64,000 nt of DNA from Vulcanimicrobiota bacterium (GCA_050250895.1 JBFWNU010000001.1:2756891-2820890), one strand, 5' to 3'; counted from the stretch's first letter, positions 49,923-59,629 are shown. The notes: a model not told the origin generated them from the letters alone. Numbers and translations: made by a program.

Positions 49923-50405
49923 CTAGCGCATAGCCTGTTCGCCGGTGAGGCGGGGCACGACCCAGTGAGCCTGGTCTTGCGACCACAGACCCACGCGGCG
50001 TTCTTTGCCTTTGGCCTGGTAGGCCGAGAGGCGCGAAGAGAACTTGGACTGGTCGAGCACGGCATAGCCGTCGACCAGCAACTGCTTATTGAGGTTCATC
50101 TTTTTGCCCGAGGGGACGGTCACCTTGACCACTGCGGTGCAGCCACCAGCACTGGTCTTGACCACCTCGACGGTGATGGGGCGGTCGGCCAGCACGCGCT
50201 TGCAGTAGGCGCTAAAGCGAGCACGAGCGCTGGGCGGCACGTCGATGCCGGCCAGGTCCACGACCAGGTCGGTCTGATCGGATTGCGAGAGCACCAGTTG
50301 GCCCTCGGGAGTCGTCCCGCTCAAAGTCGCGGAGACGGGAGGTCGAGCCCAGGCGGGCGCCAGTAGAAGGACGATAATGGCGTTGAGTAAGAGCTTTCGG
50401 TTCAC
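49923..50405 (-). CDS. Secreted thermonuclease (SNase)-fold protein
   Basis: Signal peptide; LAGID, LNKQLLVDGYA and GLWS motifs. Confidence 0.7.
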   Translation of the reverse strand: MNRKLLLNAIIVLLLAPAWARPPVSATLSGTTPEGQLVLSQSDQTDLVVDLAGIDVPPSARARFSAYCKRVLADRPITVEVVKTSAGGCTAVVKVTVPSGKKMNLNKQLLVDGYAVLDQSKFSSRLSAYQAKGKERRVGLWSQDQAHWVVPRLTGEQAMR

Positions 50406-50632
50406 AGCTTCCCAAGCGTATTCCGGGTTTGTTTCAGTCAGATGAACGAAGTGTTACCGTCGCGTCAAGGCTGGGGCCAGGATCACGTTATTGTGTGGTT
50501 TTGACAATAAGTGATCCGAAAGTTGTTCATTCAATCGGTGGGAAATGTTAATGTTTGTAACATGGCGGCAATATTCGCCTCTGGCGGTGGAGGGGTTGGG
50601 ATGTTACTCTTACAACATCAAAACCGAATAAT

Positions 50633-50706
50633 AAAGCCGCCGAGACTGGCCCCTTAAGCGTTGTGGACCCTCCTGCATACATCCTCAACTAAGTCTCGGC
50701 GGCTTT
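50633..50706. terminator. 15-bp perfect inverted repeat with 44-nt loop at the trmJ 3' end
   Basis: AAAGCCGCCGAGACT / AGTCTCGGCGGCTTT with T-rich flanks on both strands. Confidence 0.45.
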
Positions 50707-51420
50707 TCCCTTTTTTCGGGGCTTGAGCTGACCGTAGCTGTAGCGTACCTGTTTGAGCATGCCCATGAGGAAGCGAATCTCCCACTCTTCGAGCCGGGCC
50801 CGGGCGGCGATATCGGCCAGTTTGGTCATCTCCTCGGCCAGGCTGGCCTGATGGTGCGGATAGCCACACTCCTGTACGAAGTGGGCCACCTCTTCGAGCA
50901 TCCGCGCTCGGATCTCGGGACGGGCCAGGCGCGGAGAGGCGCTCAGGGTGTCGGGCTGGCGGTGCAGTTCATAGAGGGTGGCAGTCACGGCGTGGGCCAG
51001 GTTCATGGAGCCGTTGGTAGGGTGAGTCGGGATCGAGACCAGCCGGCTGCACAGGTCCAAAGCCGGGTTCGATAGGCCACTCTCTTCATTGCCGAACATC
51101 AAACCCAGGCGGGCCGGCAAGAACGAAGGCAGCTCGTGCTCCACAAAAGCCGGTAGCGAGCTGAGGCGATGGCGACGCTTGCCTTCGCGACGGGTCAGGC
51201 CCAAAACCAGGGTCAACCCCTCGATCGATTCTTCGAGGGTGTCCACCGTGCGCGCTGCGGCCAGGATGGCCTCGCCGTGCACGGCCCACTTGCGCGCCTC
51301 GTCGTCGACTTCGGCGTGCGGGGCCACCAGCACCAGTTCTTTGAGCCCGAAGGTGTTCATCGAGCGGGCCACGGCTCCGATATTGACCGGGCCCATAGGA
51401 TTGACCAGGATGACCCTCAG
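50689..51420 (-). CDS. trmJ: TrmJ/LasT-family SPOUT RNA methyltransferase, probable CTG start
   Basis: RVILVNP..NIGAVARSM, FGNEESGL and SMNLAHAV motifs. Confidence 0.88.
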   Translation of the reverse strand: MRVILVNPMGPVNIGAVARSMNTFGLKELVLVAPHAEVDDEARKWAVHGEAILAAARTVDTLEESIEGLTLVLGLTRREGKRRHRLSSLPAFVEHELPSFLPARLGLMFGNEESGLSNPALDLCSRLVSIPTHPTNGSMNLAHAVTATLYELHRQPDTLSASPRLARPEIRARMLEEVAHFVQECGYPHHQASLAEEMTKLADIAARARLEEWEIRFLMGMLKQVRYSYGQLKPRKKGKAAET

Positions 51421-51827
51421 AGAGAATCGTCCTTCGGCGCGTCTTCGGGTTCGCTCTCGGCCTCGGGCTCGGTCGAGTAGGTGGGCGGGGGCGGGGCGCT
51501 CGAAACCGGCCGGGCGCCGCTGCGGGGCAGAATATCCTCGACACTGGTCCGCAGATGGTCTTTCACCTTGCGGGCCTCTTCCATTCGTTCCTCGAGTTCT
51601 TGATTGATGTCGCGGATCTCGCGCACCCGGTCCGTCAACGAATCGGGGTCGAAGCGGTCCATCTCGAACATCACGAAGACGCGATGACCCAGGTCGAGGA
51701 TGCACTCGTCGCGTCGATGCTCGAGTTGCTTGATCTTCGACGAGAGCTTCTGCACCTCGACGGCCTCGTTGGCGCGGCTCTTGAGAAACTCGAGGCCCTT
51801 TTTGGCCTTGTCCTGGAATTGGTCCAT
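51417..51827 (-). CDS. Hypothetical coiled-coil protein
   Basis: GGGAGG SD before ATG 51827. Confidence 0.75.
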   Translation of the reverse strand: MDQFQDKAKKGLEFLKSRANEAVEVQKLSSKIKQLEHRRDECILDLGHRVFVMFEMDRFDPDSLTDRVREIRDINQELEERMEEARKVKDHLRTSVEDILPRSGARPVSSAPPPPTYSTEPEAESEPEDAPKDDSL

Positions 51828-51883
51828 GGAAGTCCTCCCGGCTGCGGGTTTCTCTCTACCTGTCATCGAATACCTTCCCTTCA

Positions 51884-52345
51884 ATGTCCGAGTTTGTCGA
51901 CCAGATTTGTGAAGATGCCGAGTCTACCCGCCGTCTGGGCGAGCAGCTGGCCGGCCGCCTTTATGCGGGGGCCGTGCTGGCCTTGAAAGGGCCGTTAGGC
52001 GCCGGTAAGACGACCTTCACCCAGGGCCTGGTGCGGGGATTGGGCGGCCACGATTCGGTCACCAGCCCAACCTTCGTACTGATGCATATCTACGAGCAGG
52101 GCCGCTTGCCCGTCTTTCATTTTGACGCCTATCGCCTGGAGGGGCCCGAGCAGCTCGAAGAGATCGGGGCGGAAGAATACTTCTGGGGTGACGGGGTAAG
52201 CGTGGTGGAATGGGCCGAGCGGGCCGACCGCTTGCTGCCACCCGACCATCTCGAGATCGATTTCGAGCTGCTGCCGCAGGGGCGGCGGGCCCGGCTGCGC
52301 CCCTTCGGAAACCGCTCGCGAGAACTTTTGGAGAGCTTTCGATGA
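51884..52345 (+). CDS. tsaE: t6A biosynthesis ATPase TsaE
   Basis: GPLGAGKT, SPTF, HFDAYRL and VEW motifs. Confidence 0.96.
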   Translation: MSEFVDQICEDAESTRRLGEQLAGRLYAGAVLALKGPLGAGKTTFTQGLVRGLGGHDSVTSPTFVLMHIYEQGRLPVFHFDAYRLEGPEQLEEIGAEEYFWGDGVSVVEWAERADRLLPPDHLEIDFELLPQGRRARLRPFGNRSRELLESFR

Positions 52346-53007
52346 ACACCATTCTGGCCATGGACACCACCGGCGATACGTTCACGGTGGCGGTCTGGCG
52401 CGAGCATTGCCTGGCCGAAGTGCGGGGCTTGCGGCCGCGTACCCATCTGCGCCAGTTGGTGCCCAGTCTGATGCACGCGTGTGCGGTGGCCGGCTTGACC
52501 CTCAAAGACGTGACCCGGCTGGCCGTCACGGTCGGGCCGGGCTCGTTTACCGGGGTGCGCCTCGGCATTTTGACGGCGCGCACGCTGGGTCAGACCCTCG
52601 ACCTGCCCATCGTGCCGGTCAAGACCCTCGAAGCCCTGGCTCTCAACGGCCGGGCCGGTGGTTTGGTGCTGGCCGCCAACGATGCCCGCAAAGAGGAGAT
52701 CTATTCGGCCGTCTATCGTCTTGAAGAGGGGCCGGTCGAACTGGTGGGGGCGGCGGCCCGGCGCCTGCCCGAGGTCCTCGAGTTGATTCGGGCCCATCCC
52801 GGGGTGGCGGTGGTGGGTAACGCCTGGCAGCGCTATCATCGTGAACTTGGCCAGGCCACCGGGGGGCCGGTGGCTCCCCGCCGCGATTGGTCGGTGCGGG
52901 GCGAGGCGGTGGCCTGGCTGGGTCAACGCGACGATGACCGGGCCGTTTCGTGGCTCGAGCTGGCGCCCGACTATTTGCGCGCCCCTGATGTGCAGGTGGC
53001 CCGGTGA
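52342..53007 (+). CDS. tsaB: t6A biosynthesis protein TsaB
   Basis: ILAMDT, GPGSFTGVR, DARK and PDYLR motifs. Confidence 0.95.
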   Translation: MNTILAMDTTGDTFTVAVWREHCLAEVRGLRPRTHLRQLVPSLMHACAVAGLTLKDVTRLAVTVGPGSFTGVRLGILTARTLGQTLDLPIVPVKTLEALALNGRAGGLVLAANDARKEEIYSAVYRLEEGPVELVGAAARRLPEVLELIRAHPGVAVVGNAWQRYHRELGQATGGPVAPRRDWSVRGEAVAWLGQRDDDRAVSWLELAPDYLRAPDVQVAR

Positions 53008-53516
53008 CGGTCGAGGCCATGCGCGTCGAAGACATCGAGCAGGTGCGGGCCATCGAACTGGCCTCGTTCGAGACCACCTGGTCGCCCGAGGCTTTCACCA
53101 CCGAGCTGCGGCACAATCAGGCCGCCCACTACCTGGTGCTGCGCGAGCACGGCCAGGTGCGAGGCTATTGCGGCATCTGGCTGGTGGCCGACGAGGCTCA
53201 CGTCACCTCGATTGCCATCGCTCCCGATTGCCGCGGGCGCGGTCAGGGCAAGTTGCTGATGCTGCGCATGCTCGAACTGGCCCGCGGTCTGGGGGCCCAC
53301 TGGGTGACCCTCGAGGTGCGCGCCGATAACCATGCCGCTCTGTCCATGTATCGCAAGTTCGGCTTCGCCCGGGTGGCTGTTCGCAAGGCCTATTATCAAC
53401 AGAAGATCGACGCCGTGGTGATGTGGGCGGGCAACCTGCATTCCCAGAGCTACACCCGCCGGCTGACCGACATCGAAAGGAGCCTCCAAGCTGTCACATC
53501 TGATTCTTGCCATTGA
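53004..53516 (+). CDS. rimI: Ribosomal protein N-acetyltransferase RimI
   Basis: GNAT motifs RGRGQG, LEVR, RKAYY..DA; lies within the tsa operon. Confidence 0.92.
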   Translation: MTVEAMRVEDIEQVRAIELASFETTWSPEAFTTELRHNQAAHYLVLREHGQVRGYCGIWLVADEAHVTSIAIAPDCRGRGQGKLLMLRMLELARGLGAHWVTLEVRADNHAALSMYRKFGFARVAVRKAYYQQKIDAVVMWAGNLHSQSYTRRLTDIERSLQAVTSDSCH

Positions 53517-54492
53517 GACCTCTTGCGACGAGACCTCGGTGGCCGTGCTCGAAGACGGCCAGCGCATCCGGTCCAATCTGATCACCTCCCAAACCGATGT
53601 CCATCGGCGCTACGGTGGAGTGGTGCCCGAGCTAGCCAGCCGCAAACATCTCGAAGCTCTCAACCCCATGCTGCAGATGGCTATGGAAGAGGCCGGGGTG
53701 AGCTATTGCGACCTCGACGTGGTGGCCGTGACCCACGGTCCGGGTCTGATCGGAGCCGTGCTGGTGGGGGTGGCCGTGGCCAAGACCCTGGCCGCCTGCC
53801 TGGGTCTGCCCCTACTCGGAGTCAACCATCTCGAGGGGCATCTCTATAGCCCCTTTCTCGAAAACCCTGAGCTGGAGTACCCGTTGCTGGCCCTGCTGGT
53901 CTCGGGCGGCCACACCCAACTGGTGCATCTGCCCTGTGCCGGGCGCTATCAGGTGATGGGCGCCACTCGCGACGACGCCGCGGGCGAGGCTTTCGACAAG
54001 GTAGCCAAGCTGCTCGAACTAGGCTATCCGGGCGGACCGGTGGTCGACAAGCTGGCCACCCAGGGCAACGCCAAGGCGGTCGCCTTTCCCCGGCCGATGC
54101 TCGATAACGGCTACGAATTTTCGTTCTCGGGACTCAAGACGGCGGTGCGCAACCAGGTCGAGCGCGAGCCGCTCGCGGTCGAAGACTTGTGCGCGTCGTT
54201 TCAGGCTGCCGTGGTCGAAGTGCTGGTGACCAAGATGGAGCGGGCCGCCGACGAGTTGGGGGTCGAGAACGTCGTGGTGGCCGGAGGAGTGGCCTGCAAT
54301 TCAGGCCTGCGCCGCGCCCTCGAAGAGATGTGCCTGCGCCGGGGCTTTCGCCTGGCCATCCCTTCGCCCCGCTTGTGTACCGACAACGCCGCCATGATCG
54401 CTCGAGCCGGTTGGGAACTCTATCGGCTGGGGGTTCGTTCACCGCTCGACCTGGACGCTTATGCCTCGATGCCGCTGAAGGACCGCATATGA
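53491..54492 (+). CDS. tsaD: t6A transferase TsaD, probable CTG start
   Basis: LILAIETSCDETS upstream of the track start; HLEGH, SGGH, DDAAGEAFDK and TDNAAMI motifs. Confidence 0.96.
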   Translation: MSHLILAIETSCDETSVAVLEDGQRIRSNLITSQTDVHRRYGGVVPELASRKHLEALNPMLQMAMEEAGVSYCDLDVVAVTHGPGLIGAVLVGVAVAKTLAACLGLPLLGVNHLEGHLYSPFLENPELEYPLLALLVSGGHTQLVHLPCAGRYQVMGATRDDAAGEAFDKVAKLLELGYPGGPVVDKLATQGNAKAVAFPRPMLDNGYEFSFSGLKTAVRNQVEREPLAVEDLCASFQAAVVEVLVTKMERAADELGVENVVVAGGVACNSGLRRALEEMCLRRGFRLAIPSPRLCTDNAAMIARAGWELYRLGVRSPLDLDAYASMPLKDRI

Positions 54493-54974
54493 GCGACGAA
54501 GACCTCGACAAGAAGCGATTTCGGCGCGGCTGCCTGGGAGCCTTGCTGCTGATCGGCCTGGTCGTCGGGTTGGCCTTGAAGTTGCACGCCAGCAAGAAGG
54601 AGGCCGCTGCCCGCCTGCAGGAGAGCCTCTTTGGCCCCTACTGGGCGGCCATCGGTCAGCAGGATTATGCGGCCGCGCGGACCTTTACCACCGAGTCGTT
54701 TCAGGCTCGCTATCCAGCTGAGGATTATGCCAAGAGCTATCAGGTGATGGAAGGCAAATACGGAAAGATGCACGATCCCGAGCTGCGCGATTTGACTCCG
54801 ATGCACGTGCCGGGTCAGTCGGGGGACCGGGTGGGGGTCAGGGCCAGAATTCACTTTGGGGAAAAGCGGATGATCCTCGTTGGCTATGAGGTCGTGCGGG
54901 AACACCATGAGGATGCTTGGAAAATAGAGCTTTGTCGCACTCCCGATCGCGAAGCCGCACCCGGGCCATGGTGA
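54489..54974 (+). CDS. Hypothetical single-TM protein
   Basis: ATGA overlap with tsaD; RRGCLGALLLIGLVV anchor. Confidence 0.7.
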   Translation: MSDEDLDKKRFRRGCLGALLLIGLVVGLALKLHASKKEAAARLQESLFGPYWAAIGQQDYAAARTFTTESFQARYPAEDYAKSYQVMEGKYGKMHDPELRDLTPMHVPGQSGDRVGVRARIHFGEKRMILVGYEVVREHHEDAWKIELCRTPDREAAPGPW

Positions 54975-54975
54975 C

Positions 54976-55004
54976 TTGATCTCCAATTCCGATTTTCATA
55001 TAAT
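54976..55004 (+). promoter_or_regulatory. Sigma70-type promoter
   Basis: TTGATC-N17-TATAAT, then GGAGGT SD before ATG 55032. Confidence 0.65.
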
Positions 55005-55031
55005 GGAATTATTGGCTTGGAGGTGTTGTAA

Positions 55032-55481
55032 ATGCCGATTCCCCCTTTGGTTGTAGCTGGTGGTATGGCCTTGATCGGGGTGCTTGCTCTGGCCGATCAG
55101 ACCATCCGCCGGACCCAGCCGGGCCCGACCCGCTCCCATATCGACAAAGTCGACCCGGCCGTGGCCTGCCCGGCGTGCGAGCGCGGGATGCGCAAAGTCA
55201 CCTTTCACGGGGTCGAGATCGACGAGTGTCCGTTCTGCGCTGGCCAGTGGTTCGATGTCGGCGAGATCGAGACGATTAGCCAGATGGACCCCATCCCGAA
55301 GCGCTTTCTCAATGTCCTGGCCATCGATGGCGAGATCACGCGTCTGCCCGGCGAACGGGGTTGCCCCCGTTGCCAGCAAGAGCTACAGGCGGTCGAACTG
55401 CGTGGCCAGATGGTCGATGTCTGCACGACCTGCCAGGGGGTCTGGCTCGACCGCGGCGAGCTGAAAAGCGTCGTCAAATAG
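55032..55481 (+). CDS. Tandem zf-TFIIB-like zinc-ribbon protein
   Basis: Two CPxC..D.C..C.G.W.DxGE units. Confidence 0.85.
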   Translation: MPIPPLVVAGGMALIGVLALADQTIRRTQPGPTRSHIDKVDPAVACPACERGMRKVTFHGVEIDECPFCAGQWFDVGEIETISQMDPIPKRFLNVLAIDGEITRLPGERGCPRCQQELQAVELRGQMVDVCTTCQGVWLDRGELKSVVK

Positions 55482-55558
55482 GCTCGCTGCGCTCGCCGGG
55501 GAGCGCCGACTGCGCCAGTCGACAGGATCTGAGCGGTCGGTCGCCAAGCTTCAATGGG

Positions 55559-56146
55559 ATGAATATCGAGGCTTTGCGCAAGCTTTCTCAGGACTCTCGG
55601 GCCGGTTTGAAAGGCGAGCAGTCTAAACTGGTCTGTCAGGTGATCGACGAGCGAGAGCAGCGGGCCAATCAGGCCCTGGCTACCCGGGTCAAGAAGGCCG
55701 TTCAAGAACTCGACAATCGGCTCGAGCAAGCGGCGGCACGCGGCGAGAACGAGGCCGTCTTGCTGCGGGTGGCCTATGCCCTTTATGACTTGCGGGACGC
55801 CGTGCGCGACAAACTGGGACGCATCGGCCCCGAACTCAAAAATAACTTTCCTCACCTGGCTCGCAACGGTCCCCTCGGGTTTCGCGAGATCGACGACTTG
55901 CTCAAAGAACTCGACATCCGCGACGGCATGAAGCGCGATGCGGTGCCCTGGCTCGAAGGCTTTCTCAAGGACTGGAAGAATCACCACCAGCGCAAAGGGC
56001 TCAGACGTTTGATGGGTAAGAAGCTGGCCGTGCCCGAGACCCTCGAGCCGTTACTCGAGGCCTGTCGTGGGCGCGAACTCGAGCCCGAGGTGCGCGAGTT
56101 CAAGGCGTTCGAGGATTCGGGCCTGGAGGTGGTGGTGAAGTGGTGA
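55559..56146 (+). CDS. Hypothetical protein
   Basis: Coding-like ORF within a co-oriented gene run. Confidence 0.7.
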   Translation: MNIEALRKLSQDSRAGLKGEQSKLVCQVIDEREQRANQALATRVKKAVQELDNRLEQAAARGENEAVLLRVAYALYDLRDAVRDKLGRIGPELKNNFPHLARNGPLGFREIDDLLKELDIRDGMKRDAVPWLEGFLKDWKNHHQRKGLRRLMGKKLAVPETLEPLLEACRGRELEPEVREFKAFEDSGLEVVVKW

Positions 56147-56634
56147 GATATCTGTTGTTGGCTCTCGTGCTGGTGACGCCTTGCTGGGGTGACACCGTGG
56201 AGGTCTTGGGCTTTCGTTTCGAAACGCCGCTCCAGCTGAGCGAACCGACCGAACTCGCGTCGAGCACCCGCAGCTTTCAGTTTCCCGCCGACAAACCTTA
56301 TAAAGAGGCGGAGTTCGAAGTGGTGGTCCACCTGATCAGCGCCAACGAGGTCAAAGCCATGGAAGGCCTCGACCCCGTCGAGGTGGCCGTCACGAACTTT
56401 CTGGGCGTCACCGGTGAGCCGACCCAGGTCAACAAGGCCCTCTTCATGGGCAAGACGGCCGCCGACCGGGTCTATGAGTCGAGTATCCCCAGGAAATGCC
56501 GAGTGCACGTATTGTCGAGCGCTCTGCTCGACGGAGGCCGGGTGATGTTGGCCTTTCGCGTCTTTGACGACCAGCGCTTTGGCGATTTCTTTCGCGAAGT
56601 AAAGAGCAGCTTCGCCCCTCTACCCAAAGAATAG
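56140..56634 (+). CDS. Hypothetical secreted protein
   Basis: Signal peptide MVRYLLLALVLVTPCWG. Confidence 0.75.
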   Translation: MVRYLLLALVLVTPCWGDTVEVLGFRFETPLQLSEPTELASSTRSFQFPADKPYKEAEFEVVVHLISANEVKAMEGLDPVEVAVTNFLGVTGEPTQVNKALFMGKTAADRVYESSIPRKCRVHVLSSALLDGGRVMLAFRVFDDQRFGDFFREVKSSFAPLPKE

Positions 56635-56682
56635 CAGTCCATCAGGCAGGGCTGTCGAGGCTGCCACCAGAAGTTTTCGCCT

Positions 56683-57753
56683 ATGCTTGAGGGCCTTGAA
56701 CGCATGGTTGGCGGCGAAATCCGCGAGGTCGCCAAACTGGCCGGCTTACCCGAGTCGACCCCTGAGGACGCGGTCATTCATCAGGCCCTGGCCTGGCTTG
56801 CTTACGTGGTCGGGCAAAGCGATTTGCGCCACGAGTCGATCGAGCGTGGTGTGCTCGAGTGGCTGGCCACCCGCTGGGGCATCGAGTTCAAAGAAAGCAC
56901 CTACAACGACGATATCGAGCGCAATCTGCGCCTGGAAATGTCCCGCCGGGCCGTGGTGTCTCTCTCGCCGGTGTGGAGGATCGCCTGTGCCCTGCTGGCG
57001 GCCGAGCGCTCACGCGTCAGCGAAGAGAAGATGGATATGCTGATGCGGGCCGCCAGTCTGGCCATCCCCTCCGTCTCGGTGGTGGCCGAGAAACGACGCG
57101 AGTGGGAAGACCTGATGGTCATTTGGGGAGACTCAGACCCCCGGCCAGAACTCGAGGCGGACTGCCAGACTTTGGCCGCCCGACCGCAACTGGCCGCCCA
57201 CGCCCTGGATCTCGGGTTGGTGGTGGCCATGGTCGACGGCCGCCTCTCTCCCAGCGAAGAGAACCTGGCTCGCGACCTGGGCACCTCGATGGGCGTGGGC
57301 GAAGACATGGTGCGGGCTCGCGCAGCCGACCTCAATCAGATCTTCTGGAGCCATCAGAATCGACGCTCGGCGGCCACTCCCAACGCCCGCAATCTGCCTT
57401 TGAAAGCCGCCTGGGACACCCTCGAAAGTTCGGGCTGCCTGAGCGCTCTGGTGGGCGCGGTCGGCAAAGACCTCGGCGAAGCCGAGGGCGGCGGGGATGC
57501 CGGTTCGGTGGTTCACCTTTTGCACTACAGCATCGTCAAGCAGCATCTGCGGCTGGTCGAGGCCAGCGAGCGCGCCGAACTTGAACTCGAGCGACTCAAG
57601 GCCGAGCGTTCGCGGGCCGAGAAGCCCAAGGCCGAAGCCCCACCACCACCGCCGCCTCCGCCCGACTCGGCAGCCACGGCCTTCAAGCCTCTGGTCGAAC
57701 TCGACATGGTCAAGAATAAACCCGGCGAGAGACGCTCGATCAAGCTCGACTGA
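56683..57753 (+). CDS. TerB-like domain protein
   Basis: VAMVDGRLSPSEE..LG motif; poly-Pro tail. Confidence 0.6.
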   Translation: MLEGLERMVGGEIREVAKLAGLPESTPEDAVIHQALAWLAYVVGQSDLRHESIERGVLEWLATRWGIEFKESTYNDDIERNLRLEMSRRAVVSLSPVWRIACALLAAERSRVSEEKMDMLMRAASLAIPSVSVVAEKRREWEDLMVIWGDSDPRPELEADCQTLAARPQLAAHALDLGLVVAMVDGRLSPSEENLARDLGTSMGVGEDMVRARAADLNQIFWSHQNRRSAATPNARNLPLKAAWDTLESSGCLSALVGAVGKDLGEAEGGGDAGSVVHLLHYSIVKQHLRLVEASERAELELERLKAERSRAEKPKAEAPPPPPPPPDSAATAFKPLVELDMVKNKPGERRSIKLD

Positions 57754-58442
57754 TGCCACGTCCCTGGACCGTTCTCGAGACCGTCGACACCGCTGACGGA
57801 CCGCTGGAGTTGCGCCAGCGCGACACTAGCGACTTCATGATCACCATCGACGGTCGGGTGCTCATGAACAGTCTGGCTAATCGCTCCGAGGTGGCCCTTG
57901 GGCAAGCCGTTGCCCCGGTGGCACACCGGGCCCGGCCTCGGGTGCTGGTCGGCGGGCTCGGCATGGGTTACACCCTCAAAGCGGTCCTCGATACTTTGCC
58001 TGCCAAGGCCGAGGTGGTGGTGGTCGAACTCAACCCGGTGGTCGAGAAGTGGTGCCGCGGTCCGCTGGCCCACCTCACCGACAACGCCCTGTCGGACCCG
58101 CGGGTCCGGTTGGTGCTCGACGATGTGGCCAATTTCATGGCTCAGGCTCCCGCTCGGGCCTATGACGCCATCCTGCTGGACCTGCACGAGGGCCCCAACC
58201 AGAAAGGTCGGGGCGATCCGTTCTGGGGCATCGCCCCCGATCTGGCCCGCCACGCCCTCAAGCCGAGCGGCCTGTTGGCGGTGTGGTCTGAAGAAGGCGG
58301 TCAGGCCTTTCAGAAAAACCTCAAGAACGCGGGCTTTGGCGTTGAACTCCAGCGGCTGGGCAAAGGGGGCAGGCGGCACGCCGTCTATCTCGCCCGGCCC
58401 GAACGACCCGGGCCGCGCCCCTCAAAACGCCGCCGCTCTTGA
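57753..58442 (+). CDS. Spermidine-synthase-like SAM-dependent methyltransferase
   Basis: VLVGGLGMGYTL, VVEL and DAILLD..GP motifs. Confidence 0.85.
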   Translation: MPRPWTVLETVDTADGPLELRQRDTSDFMITIDGRVLMNSLANRSEVALGQAVAPVAHRARPRVLVGGLGMGYTLKAVLDTLPAKAEVVVVELNPVVEKWCRGPLAHLTDNALSDPRVRLVLDDVANFMAQAPARAYDAILLDLHEGPNQKGRGDPFWGIAPDLARHALKPSGLLAVWSEEGGQAFQKNLKNAGFGVELQRLGKGGRRHAVYLARPERPGPRPSKRRRS

Positions 58443-58500
58443 CGATTTCTTCACACAACCCGGCTAAGCTTGGTCCTTAGAAACCTGACAAGGAGCTGCC

Positions 58501-58905
58501 ATGGGTTTATTGGCTGAGTTCAAAGAGTTCGCCCTCAAGGGCAACGTGGTGGATATGGCCGTGGGTATCGTGATCGGTGCCGGCTTTGGCAAGGTCGTCT
58601 CGACTTTTGTCGAGAACGTCGTTACCCCGCCGCTGGGTCTGGCCATCGGGGGCGTCAACTTCAATCAGCTGGGCATCGTGCTCAAGCAAGCCGTGGGAGA
58701 AGCTCCGGCTGTGGTGCTAAAATACGGGGTCTTTCTGCAGGCAGTCTTCGATTTCGTCATCGTTGCCGCCGCCATGTTCGCCGTGGTCAAGGCCATGAAT
58801 TCACTCAAGCGCAAAGAGGAGGCCGCCCCCGCAGCGCCTCCCGAACCCTCGGCCGAAGAGAAGCTGCTGATCGAGATTCGCGACCTGCTGGCCGCCAGGA
58901 GCTGA
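58501..58905 (+). CDS. mscL: Large-conductance mechanosensitive channel
   Basis: [17 protein letters not shown] and LLIEIRDLL motifs. Confidence 0.97.
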   Translation: MGLLAEFKEFALKGNVVDMAVGIVIGAGFGKVVSTFVENVVTPPLGLAIGGVNFNQLGIVLKQAVGEAPAVVLKYGVFLQAVFDFVIVAAAMFAVVKAMNSLKRKEEAAPAAPPEPSAEEKLLIEIRDLLAARS

Positions 58906-58963
58906 TATTTCAGCACTCGTTGAGGCCCGCGCCGTAGTTTGCTAGGTGGAGAGGTATCCACCA

Positions 58964-59626
58964 ATGCAAGTCTCATCCCAGCGGACCGCCGTCGCGGCGG
59001 CCGGTTCTGATATTGCCCGCTGTCTCACCCGCAGCCGGCGGGCCCCCAGCCTGGCCGCTTTAAGCGACTATCCCGAATTGGGCTCGATGGTGCGCCACGA
59101 GCAGGCGCGCTACGGCCAGCAACGCCTGAGCAACGACGAAATCGCCGTGACCGATCTGGTCAAGGTGCTGAGCCTGGCCGCCCACGACAAACTTCAGGCT
59201 CGCGACCACGCCGCAGCCAGATTGCACTCGCTCGAATCCAATCTGGCCGCCTGCGCGCGGCGCCGAGGCTGGACCGGTTGGCTGGCCGCCGCCGGTAGTC
59301 TGGCTCTAGGAGCCGGCTGCTTGGGCGCAGGGTCCCCAGCCGTCACGGCCGGCATTGTCGGTCTGGGGCTAGCCGGGGCCAATCACCTCTCGGTCGCCTC
59401 GAGTCTCAGCCGACTCGAGCCCGAGGTGGCCGGCTATCGGACCTTCTCGGCCAACCTGGCCGAACAGTCCCAGAACCTGGAACAGTTGGTCAGTGAACTC
59501 AAGGCCGCCGGCAGTCGCTGGCAGGTTACCGAACTCGCTCCTGGTTCGGAGCGGCCGGTCGGCGATCTCGAGGCGCTGCCCGAATCGGTGAGGATCGGGG
59601 ACTTCTCTATCTCGGTCGAGGGTTAG
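58964..59626 (+). CDS. Hypothetical protein with a 2-TM hairpin flanked by coiled coils
   Basis: GAGG SD; hydrophobic Gly/Ala hairpin. Confidence 0.7.
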   Translation: MQVSSQRTAVAAAGSDIARCLTRSRRAPSLAALSDYPELGSMVRHEQARYGQQRLSNDEIAVTDLVKVLSLAAHDKLQARDHAAARLHSLESNLAACARRRGWTGWLAAAGSLALGAGCLGAGSPAVTAGIVGLGLAGANHLSVASSLSRLEPEVAGYRTFSANLAEQSQNLEQLVSELKAAGSRWQVTELAPGSERPVGDLEALPESVRIGDFSISVEG

Positions 59627-59629
59627 GGA

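Noticed and set aside
51884-54492. tsaE-tsaB-rimI-tsaD as a novel system
   Set aside because: A well-known conserved arrangement; only the start codon is unusual.
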